Both the position numbers and the translations under genes were made by a program. Source: Octopus vulgaris (lineage: Eukaryota). From it: a stretch of DNA of 64,000 nt. The stretch spans positions 65,038,001 through 65,102,000 of the forward strand of contig OX597832.1 of the NCBI GenBank assembly GCA_951406725.2, given 5' to 3'. Below the pieces are notes generated by a model. That model did no database searches, was not told the origin of the DNA, and was given only the letters and a program-made list of their open reading frames with translations. Below, piece after piece: positions 53,915 through 64,000 of this stretch (positions within the stretch are counted from its first letter, which is position 1; every line of letters begins with the position of its first letter).

Positions 53915-54107
53915 TATATCTAAAATATGTACAGTTTGTGACCAAGTCTTTTTACAAATAGTTTTGCTAACGATGAAATGTGTTTAAATCAATATTTCTA
54001 AACTTCTTGACTTAAGAGTTTAATCTTTTTACAGGATAAAACATGTGTCTGCCACACAGGTATTAATTTCAATTTACTGTTTTCGTTTGCGCGTGGCTGT
54101 ATGTATG

Positions 54108-54185
<78 letters not shown>

Positions 54186-54188
54186 TAA

Positions 54189-55526
54189 GAAATACCAAAA
54201 AGGATCAGTAAAGAATTCATTACTAAATCAATTGAATTCATCCTACATAATTACCACTTCATGTTTGACAATACATTTTACCGTCAAAAATCCGGAATTG
54301 CTATGGGTACAAGGGCAGCACCAGTCATTGCAAACCTAACAATGGGCTACCTGGAAATAATAATTTACCAGGAATCTTTATCAATCTTTGGAAACCCCCT
54401 CTCTCAATACACAAAAGAGAATTGGAAACGATTCCTGGACGATTGTTTTATACTCTGGAATGAAAACACAGATAAACTCCTAAAATTTAAAAACCTATTG
54501 AACAGCATAAACCCAAATATACAGTTCACAATGGAATACAACCAAAAGGAGCTCCCATTCTTGGATATACTAATTAAAAAAATTTACCTTAAAATAGAAA
54601 CAGACATTTTTTACAAAGCCACAGACGCCAGACAATACCTTCTTTTTAATTCATGCCACCCAAGACACACTAAAACAAACATCCCCTTCAACCTTACAAG
54701 AAGGATATGCACAATAGTGTCAGAACAAAATACCAGGAACTTTAGACTGCAAGAACTCAAAAACACCCTAATTGACAGACATTACCCAGCTCAACTCATA
54801 GAGGATGGGATCAGACGTGCAACAGAAATCAACATAGAAACTTTAAGAAAAGTTCAACACAACAACACACCTTCGCCGAAAATACTACCTTAAATATCTA
54901 CATACAACCCCAGAAACAAAGAAGCCTTCACCATCATCACCCAGAATTTACCAATACTTCATAAGGACCCCAAATTAAAGGAAATTCTAAACATACACCA
55001 AATCATTAAAAGCTACAAACAACCTAAATCATTTAAAAAGATTCTCACAAAGGCAAAATTGTTTTCTGAAATTACGGATGCAAAAGTAAAAAGATGTGGT
55101 AGACCAAACTGTGCAACATGTCCAAACCTGCTAGAAGGATCAGAATTCCTCTTCAAAGAGGGACAGAAATTCAAGATCAAATCTAACTTTACTTGTGCCT
55201 CTGAAAACATAATTTATGTCATAAAATGCTCGGGCTGCCACCAAGACTACGTGGGATCCACGGGACTATCACTCAGACGTAGATGCACACTGCATCGACA
55301 ACAGATTGCGTTCCCAGAATACAGAATGATAAATTTTAGTGAGCACATTGAGAAATGCGCAAAGCAACTACTACCACAATTCTTAATCTTTCCATTTTAC
55401 CAATGTACTATCGGATCATCAACACAAATTAGACTAAACAAGGAAACATTCTTCATTGAAAAGTACAAGCCCAGACTTAACCATTCCAACATACTGATAC
55501 AGAGAAATTCACACCAAGGGAAATGA
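54189..55526 (+). mobile_element. Penelope-like element, Neptune-type: 5'-truncated RT + GIY-YIG endonuclease with one premature stop
   Basis: YRQKSGIAMGT, WKRFLDDCF, LPFLDI and SCHP are present. A TAA at 54891-54893 is followed in frame by ISTYNP. The linker is CGRPNCATC and the EN reads NIIYVIKCSGCHQDYVGST..LRRR...H...H. (TA)n flanks both sides. Confidence 0.93.
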
Positions 55527-55806
55527 AAAAAAGTTTAAGCGATTATCTCCCTTACACTGGAAGAAATCACTTATTACCTCTCCTTAGCTAGAACTCTTTT
55601 GAACATAAACATAACGATAACTCTTCTCAACATAAACATAACGACGTAAGAAATTTGAAAAGCTAAACGCGAAACCAGTCTTTCTTCTAAACTATGTCAT
55701 TGTAAGAAAAAAATTTATAATATTCTTCAGACATATTGACTCAAATATATATTTTGTAACCTTTTAAAACAAGCCTTCTGTAGTTTTTTCACTTTTTACT
55801 ATTTTC

Positions 55807-55842
<36 letters not shown>

Positions 55843-56064
55843 GGTGTGTGTGTGTTTGTATGTATGCATACCCCTAAGGAATGAGGGAAACAGAAAATGG
55901 AATTCACGAGAATCTTTATTCATCACATCAATCGTTTGGAGCCATCTTAGATCGGACTTTTGCGGATGGGATATTATACAACGGATGGTACTGCGTCCTC
56001 TGGTGTAGACATATAACGTCAGGTAACTTTTTAAAAAAATCATACCTTACTCAGTATGAAATAT

Positions 56065-56325
56065 ATATTATAGTGGGGTAGGTCGGTTAATTGAGTTACT
56101 CTTGTTACTGATGGCCTGAGACCACACAGTCGAAGATCGATGGACAATGGCAAAGAGAAATAATCATTTAGTGTTTACACTTAAAAATGAGACTATTCCC
56201 CCTCCATACTTTAAAGAGGTCTCAGGCCAGCAGTGTTTAGGGAGTGAGGATACGCCGTAAGGCCAAACCCTTACGAGCGAAAAACCCAGGGTAACCTTAT
56301 AAACTGGCCTACACCACTATAATAT
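56065..56325. mobile_element. Foldback/MITE-like element with nested inverted repeats
   Basis: Outer imperfect IR of about 40 bp (atattatagtggggtagg... / ...cctacaccactataatat) and inner IR actgatggcctgagacc/ggtctcaggccagcagt. Confidence 0.7.
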
Positions 56326-56389
56326 TAACTGCTCTACATCTTAGAGTGATGTGCTTCTACTCCGGATTATTGTATTTCTACAAATGATC

Positions 56390-56527
56390 CTTACATTATT
56401 TGTCCTCAGCTTTTTTGTTGTTAACACAACGTTTCGGCTGATATACCCCCTCCCCAGCCTTCAGGTGTCCTGGGGAAATTTCGAACCTAGGTCCTCATTC
56501 CTAAGGTATTTTTCAATGATATTATTA

Positions 56528-56560
<33 letters not shown>

Positions 56561-56709
56561 GTAATAGTAGTAGTATTCAGGTCACTGCCTGGTATTGAAC
56601 TCGGAATCTTAGGGTTAGTAGCACGCGCTCTAAACCACTACGCCATATGCCAGTAGGCAAATGTAAATAATGTAAATAATGTACATGATTCCTAATTTTT
56701 TAAATATAG

Positions 56710-56712
<3 letters not shown>
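56390..56712 (-). mobile_element. tRNA-headed, hammerhead-containing SINE-like element (same family as the 47950 hairpin)
   Basis: Minus strand has a head at 56651-56580 with TGGCGTAGTGG (A box) and GTTCAATAC (B box), then (TAA)n, then gacac-CTGA-aggctg..cagcc-GAAAC-GTT-gtgtt at 56469-56423. An inverted 3'-end piece lies at 56658-56712. Confidence 0.75.
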
Positions 56713-56746
<34 letters not shown>

Positions 56747-56798
56747 AACCATTCAAACACTGAGGTTTGATATATATACACATACATACATACACACA

Positions 56799-56864
<66 letters not shown>

Positions 56865-56899
56865 TTTATACGTATGTATATTTGCGTGTCTCTGTTTGT

Positions 56900-57073
56900 C
56901 CTCACATCATCGTTTGACAATCCATTGGTGTGTTTATGTACCCGCGATATAGTAATTCGTCAAAAAGAGACCGATAGATTTAGTACTAGGCTTGCAAAAA
57001 ATAAGTAGTGATGTCGATTCGTTCGACTAAAGGCGGGGCTCCAGCATGACCGAAGTAAAATGACTGAAACAAG

Positions 57074-57075
<2 letters not shown>
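56900..57075 (+). mobile_element. SINE family A, 3' module, decayed
   Basis: caaaaagagaccgataga...cgactaaaggcggggctccagcatg...tgactgaaacaagtaa. Confidence 0.8.
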
Positions 57076-57142
<67 letters not shown>

Positions 57143-57836
57143 GCCACGCGGCTCTGTCAGAAGTTATGTCGAACTCTTTCGCCCAAACTTTCTCTCACTC
57201 TTTCCTCATGAATCTTGCAGCTCACCTACGACGAACCGGCCCCACCGTACAGGTGGGGAGCCTATACGCCAAGGAAACCGAGAACCGGCCCTATGAGACA
57301 GGTATGACTCGAGAAGGAACAAACAACACACACACACACACATAAATATATATATATATATACACTGTCAGACGCATAGGTGTTGATATTTGAATGGACC
57401 TCTCTCCCTTAGGATCAGTCTATTCAAAATCTTTCAATGAACTCATGCCTTTAGTGCCAAACATTTGCTCACATTGGGTTGTACACCAGATCGAACGGAT
57501 GCAAAGCTCAAGCAGAAAAACTAGAACGTTCCACAGACTAACCAGCTTCATATTACTAAGTTTGGCTTCACCAAGCACTAAATTCACCTCTTGCTTTTGA
57601 ATCACTCGAATTTTGTGATGCATGCTTCCACGAACGCTAAAGTAGGTACCAGCATACAAACTACCATGAGCGTCCTCCTATGTATTTCAAACATTTGTCT
57701 GGTATCTACAGAAAGAAATCAATAATAATAATAATGATGATCAGTAAGAGATGGAGAAAACAGTATTAGAGATACGAGGTCATATCGAAAACAACAAAAC
57801 TATGACAATAACTGTAGCAGCAGTAGGAGAAAGTTC

Positions 57837-57900
57837 AGAAGAAGAAGAAGAAGAAGAAGAAGAAGAAGAAGAAGAAGAAGAAGAAGAAGAAGAAGAAGAA
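57837..57900. repeat. (GAA)n microsatellite
   Basis: Direct reading. Confidence 0.95.
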
Positions 57901-58564
57901 AAAGAAGGGCGATGAGGGGGTGAAGAGGAAAAGAAGCAGCAGACATTTGATGTTGACAGCAAAAGAATGTGATCCGTTTAACTAAGCCACAATCCAATTA
58001 TGACGAAAATTATACGGGGTTGTGGGTGAAGAAATGGTGTTACTTGAAACAGTGTTTTATTTTTTCCATTGTGAAGTTTTTCCTATGTCGGCCAACAGCT
58101 TTTTAAGAAACAATGAAAGCTTCCGGGGGATGCTTACGTAAGACGTCAAAAAATGCGTTTCTGATGATAAATCAAGCTTTTTTTAATACATGTATTTATT
58201 TATTATTATAGTTGTTTTTTTTTTCTCTACATCACTCCTTTTTGTTTCATTTTTAGGTTCTCAGTAAATCGATAATATGGGATGCACGCATAAATGCTGA
58301 GAGGCAGGGGACGTAATTGTTACTGATGACAGTGAAGATGGCAGTCACAAGCAATTTCGAAGACGAAGAAGAAGAAGAAGAAGGAAACAGCATATCGATG
58401 CCAGCAGAGAGGAAAGAGGAGAGAAGATTAGCTCACGGATATGGATGGGGAATGGGTAGGAGGAAGACATGAACGTTGTGACATAATTCGTAGAGACATG
58501 AGATGCAATTCGAGAAGGGGGGGATGGAGGGGTCGTTTGGTACGTGAGGGTATTTAAAGAAAAC

Positions 58565-58569
58565 ACTAC

Positions 58570-58633
<64 letters not shown>

Positions 58634-58661
58634 ACTACTACTACTACTACTACTGCTACTG

Positions 58662-58727
<66 letters not shown>

Positions 58728-58882
58728 ATTATTTTGAACTTGACAAAGACAGACTTACTGTGGAAATTTCGTTCAAGCAATAAAATATTTATTACAATCG
58801 AACCGCGCTATTCGTCTTGACTGTTTACCTTCGTAAAGAGTTACGTCAAACCTTTTATAATAATAATAATAACAATAATAAC

Positions 58883-58945
<63 letters not shown>
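58565..58945. repeat. (TAC/TGC)n and (TAA)n microsatellites
   Basis: Direct reading; this is the source of the poly-T/A/S/N ORFs. Confidence 0.95.
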
Positions 58946-58949
<4 letters not shown>

Positions 58950-58969
58950 TATTTTATTGGCCTAGTAGT

Positions 58970-59125
58970 AGCTTGAAATTTTGGCACAAATTCAGCAATT
59001 TCTCGGGAGAAGCAAGTCGATAGACCTCAGTATTCAACTGGTACTTATTTCAGCGATCTCAAAAAGATGAATGCAAAGTCACCTCAGCGGAATTTTGGAC
59101 TTGAAATGCAAAGATGGACAATTTG
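58970..59125 (-). mobile_element. SINE family D, decayed
   Basis: aaattttggcacaa...caactggtacttattt...acctcagcggaattt. Confidence 0.7.
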
Positions 59126-60044
59126 TCGAACACGACTTGCAGCTCGCAGATTGCTGCTGTTTCTGTTAATGGGACCCCTTTTTCTTCTGTGCTGCTGTTT
59201 TATAGTAACAAACAACTAGATCCAACAAACTAGACAACATCTATCTGGTTGCGCGAATTGGTTTATGTAGATGCTAAATAATCCCTCAAGCAGCAAGTCA
59301 TAGTCTTAAGGGCAGATGAAATGATCATGCCCTGGATGTTTTGTGCGGACATCACACACACATGCACACACACACACGTGTGTAGGGTGGGGGGACAGAA
59401 TGAACCATAAGTAAAAAGCTAGTATGTGAGAAAACTAAGAATAAAAACATTCCTACTATCCAATCATATCGAATAGTCTCCTGATAGACCGTTTCGCAAT
59501 TTGTAGATATCTCCTCAGATGAAAGTGATTTATCCATTGACTAGAGAGATAATGAATTAAAATATCAGCATATTGCTTAGTGTAATTTATATATTAGTGG
59601 TTTTGACAGCGTATCGTTTATTAGACAGTAAATATCGTATGTGAAATATGACGTGAATTACAAAGCCCAGCTTCAACGCCCTAACATTGTTAACAGAAAC
59701 ATGCCTTCCATGCTTCAGATATGGAGTCTGGTAACGGACCGCGTTCCCTGGTTTAATGGGCATCACTCTGGAAAGAATTTTCCAATTTACGTCCGAAATA
59801 TACAGCAGAGGAAATTCATATAATGGAGAGTTGTAAGTTAGGTTAAACATTGCCCACTTTCCGACTGCTCGAAGGAGGAGGACTGATCTCAAAACTATAT
59901 TGTTACAAAACGAAATACTTAATCCCACATTCACGAATCATATATACACATACATATAGAAAACTGTGTAACAATATCTACGCGTGCGTTTGAGTGTGTG
60001 TGTGTGAGCACGAGCGCGCATGTACAATCAATATGAGTATATAT

Positions 60045-60093
<49 letters not shown>

Positions 60094-60179
60094 GATATGT
60101 ACATATCTATATGTGCATATATAAATATAAATATAAATATATATATACATACACACAAACATGCATACACACAAACATG

Positions 60180-60230
<51 letters not shown>

Positions 60231-60282
60231 GCATGTTTGTGTGTATGTATATATGTATATATATACATATATGTGTGCGTGC

Positions 60283-60329
<47 letters not shown>

Positions 60330-61057
60330 TACATAAACATAGATATATATACATATACATGTGTGTGTGCTTGTATGGACTGATGTAAGTGTATATGTGT
60401 ATGTATGTACGTATGTATGTGTGTGCATGATGTGTGTTTGTACGTATGTTTGTATGTGTTTGTGTATGCATGCATGCAAGCGTGTATGTACGTATGAGGG
60501 GGCGTTTCCTTTCTTCCATTGACATTTAATAGATAGTATGACTCCGAAATAATGAGTGCAAACTAATTACGACGCAGATAATCCAAAACAAGCTACCAAA
60601 TCAAACACAGAAAGAAATACAAAACACGTAAAAAGGAAGAACTAAACTGTACTGTACTCGATGGAACCCGGGGAGTTCCCGCTTTCAGTTCAATATAATA
60701 ATAACGCTGGGATATAAAATTGCGCAGTCGCCTATGCCAACTTATTCCGTTTCCTGTAATGTTTAAAACGGCGTCACTTTCAGTTTTTATCATTAAACTG
60801 AAGCGAAGCGTGCACGATGCCAAACTAATCGTACAAATGCTTCGCCTTCTACCCATTGATTGTTATTAATTGCAGTCCCTCGTACATTTTAGAAGGTGTG
60901 ACATTTGATTCCCTTCTGGTATTATATATTGTTTTGTTGCATTATGTTAGATTCTTCATTTCCGTCTTTAATTATTGCGTCTACGTATTAATACATAAAG
61001 AAATCGCATACACAACATGCCTATGTATATATACTTGTGTTTGTATACCTATATATA

Positions 61058-61106
<49 letters not shown>

Positions 61107-61167
61107 TTAGATACACACGCGCATGCGTGATCGCACACACACATACACAGAAGTGTGTATTTAAGTG

Positions 61168-61199
<32 letters not shown>

Positions 61200-61376
61200 T
61201 TTATATTATATATATATATGTATATGTATATACATATACTTATATATATATAGAGATAGATAGATAGATAGATAGATACACACACATGCACATATATATG
61301 AACATATATACTTACAAATAAGATTATGCTTGTGCGCGCGCGCGTGTGTGTATGTGTTGTGTGTGTGTGTGTGTGT

Positions 61377-61412
<36 letters not shown>

Positions 61413-61675
61413 AGTGTGCGTGCGTGCGTTTGTCGCATAATTGATTTGCAGAAAATAAAGACAGTTATAAAACGCTTCTAAGTGCGAAAAACGAACTCGG
61501 ATAAAGTAGGAATTGAGTCGCTAAGTCTATTAACATTGATTTTATTATTTAGTCTACCGTAAGTTAGTACATATCAAGGCATGTATAAAAGGAAGGAAGC
61601 TGTAAATGAAATTGATCTCTCAACCCTTTGAATCCTCATCTACGCTGTTAAACAGCAGCGATATATTTTTTTGAA

Positions 61676-61814
61676 TATTGCACCCGGAAGATGCAAAAGT
61701 AAGCACCCGAATGCTTTTGTGTTAACGGTTGAAAATTACAATGTTTCTGCCAGTTAGTGAGGCGTAAATATAAAACTATGTGGCCACCATCTTTTGCGTC
61801 TTCCGGGGGTATAA
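61676..61814. mobile_element. Small MITE-like element with an imperfect TIR of about 24 bp
   Basis: cccggaagatgcaaaag pairs with cttttgcgtcttccggg. Confidence 0.55.
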
Positions 61815-62039
61815 TCAAAAGTAATCGCACTCGAAGAAGTGTACACGTCGGTTCAGAAGGTTAAGACAGAAGGTAATTAATTTAATGATAGCTGATGTCA
61901 ACTCAGAGAGAAGAATCCGGGAGATAAAGGAACTGTGAGATGCTATATGATGCTACGTTGTACAAAGACAGCGGATTAAAAAATAATCTTAGAGCAAAAT
62001 TATATGTGAGTTTTCAAGGAATATAACGCATGAATATTA

Positions 62040-62530
62040 ATATGGTTTCAAATTTTGCACAAAGCGAGCAGTTTTGCACAAAGTCGACAATATTAACCCC
62101 AGTGAATGACTGATACTTATTTCATCGAAAGAATGAAAAGTAAATTCGAACCCAGAGAAATTTGAACTCATAACTTGAACATGGACAGTGTGCCGCGTTT
62201 TATAATTAGAGGGTTTAGTTGATACTGTAGACCTCAGTACTTGGCGGGGTGCAACGGAAGTCAGAGTTGACCTCCGCAGCATCACAATCAAGAAAGTGAG
62301 AAAAAAGAAACAAATAATGGTTTAAAATTTTGCCACAATGGCTGCAATTTTGAGTGGGTGGGGGATGAGTCGATTAGATCGATACAATTGCTCCACAGGT
62401 ACATATTTCAGGGATCCCAATAGTAAAAAATGCCATGTCGACCTCGTTGGAATTTGAACGTAAAGACTGACGAAATGTCGCTGAGCATTTTGCCTGCCGT
62501 GCTAACGATTCTGCCAGCTCACCGCCTTGC
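62040..62530 (-). mobile_element. Cluster of family D SINEs
   Basis: tggtttcaaattttgcacaa recurs. The last copy ends gctaacgattctgccagctcaccgcc (head). Confidence 0.75.
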
Positions 62531-62607
62531 TGTTTATGTAATAATAATAATAATAATAATATTAATAATAATAATAATAATTATAATAGTAGTAGTAGTA
62601 GTAGTAA

Positions 62608-62668
<61 letters not shown>

Positions 62669-62717
62669 TGTAGTAGTTGTTGTAGTAGTAATAGTAATAG
62701 TAATAATAATAATTATA

Positions 62718-62756
<39 letters not shown>

Positions 62757-62758
<2 letters not shown>

Positions 62759-63297
62759 TGCCCTAATGTAGTACCAGGCATTGGCTCTCATGGGTTCTGA
62801 TCTTAACTGATTAGAAGTGTTATCATGTACATTATTTTGTCTTGGTATAAATATTCTGCTCAATACCACAGATTTGCTTGTCAGTTGTTTGACTTTAACC
62901 AGTTGAGCATGTCCCTTAGTGGCTAACGATATGTGCATCTCTGATCACGAGCAGAAGTAGTGGGGGAGCATCATAGCCGTGTGTTGAGAGGGATTCTTTG
63001 GGGTTTGAATAATTCACCTCTGGAAACATGGGTGTTTTGTTCAACATCCTTAAACAACCCTTATTCAGGGACCTTTTGAGTGGGATGGGTTACTCGACCT
63101 GAAGAAAATTCTAACTGGGCCCCACCTGCAAGGTCATGTGCTGTTTATCTTGATATGAGATCACCATGTCGCGCACATATGGTTGTGATGCATGTGCCTG
63201 GTGTACCCTTATCAGACGGGTAGTGGTGATGGGTATACTGGGCTTCGTATATTTTACCCCAGTGTCACTTTGATGGCATGAACTGCTCTCTCACTCA
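62757..63297. mobile_element. Interspersed element of about 540 bp embedded in (TAA/TGA)n
   Basis: GC-richer, non-coding, hairpin-rich block with sharp microsatellite borders on both sides. Confidence 0.6.
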
Positions 63298-63333
63298 ATA
63301 ATAATAATAAAAATAATATTAATAATAATAATG

Positions 63334-63398
<65 letters not shown>

Positions 63399-64000
63399 CC
63401 CAGTGCTCAGCTGGTATTTCCTAGGCCTTGAATTGAAGAAAAGTTAAGTCGACCTCAACTTCTCAGCACTTTGCCCAGCATGGTCACAATTCTACTAGTT
63501 CTACTAGTTCTGATAATTCACAGAATATGAATATCTATTATAGTTGTAAAAACAACGCATTTTCTTGGGTCACCACCGTCTTATGCCACCAGTTTTCTAA
63601 TTATTATTGTAATAATTTCTAATTATTATTGTATGGATCTATAGATACAAAGCACAAAACAAAGTTTGGTAAAGTATTTAAATGCTCTTGTTATTACTTA
63701 AACAAAGGTGAATTCGGAACGAGCAGAAATATGGTGCGAGTAGTGTCAAAGAATCTTTCTCTTCCTGTTTAGACGACATAATTTTGTATTAGATGTATGA
63801 ATCTACTGTTTGTGACAGTTCGTTATAGTCCACACATTGTTACGTTATACGCCTCCAAACTTTAGCATCTATTAGATATATATCCTGTCTACCGTACACC
63901 ATCATCACGTTACAATAGCTATATTTCAGCTGTTGGATATTAAACACGTTTAGTTATGTAAAATTAAGAATGTGAATCGGGAGGCGTTTAATGAAAAAAT

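Noticed and set aside
55924-56006. Minus-strand cagagga...caaa fold downstream of the Neptune ORF
   Set aside because: Both core halves and the cleavage triplet are mutated, so it cannot be supported as that element's HHR.
56580-56651. Possible tRNA gene
   Set aside because: The acceptor and T stems do not pair properly, so it is treated as a SINE head.
59718-59838. Exon-like segment (cag...gtaagt)
   Set aside because: All three frames contain stops. It weakly resembles a decayed LINE KSPG.DG region instead.

Overview
This is AT-rich, microsatellite-saturated eukaryotic DNA with no convincing host gene. Nearly all ORFs in the track are translations of (TA)n, (CA)n, (TATC)n or trinucleotide runs. 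The repeat content suggests an octopus-type cephalopod intron or intergenic region (inference from recalled SINE families, not a search). It includes tRNA-headed CORE-like and Deu/Nin-like SINEs, CR1-group and L1/Tx1 LINE pieces, RLE-type (HERO-like, R4-like) relics, Helitrons and MITEs. A 5'-truncated Neptune-type Penelope element (RT + GIY-YIG, one premature stop) lies at 54189-55526. The main hidden signal is about a dozen type-I hammerhead-ribozyme (HHR) motifs, intact or degraded, in several unrelated non-coding repeat families. Most sit inside inverted-repeat cassettes or beside (TA)n tracts, as expected for Penelope-driven insertions. One family joins a Pol III tRNA-like head to an HHR, making a candidate ribozyme-SINE. 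Also notable are a 2.06-kb ORF1-only Tx1/L1 derivative inserted with a 10-bp TSD between the A and B boxes of a SINE, and a 162-bp segment duplicated 3.9 kb away. All folds and alignments were done by eye.
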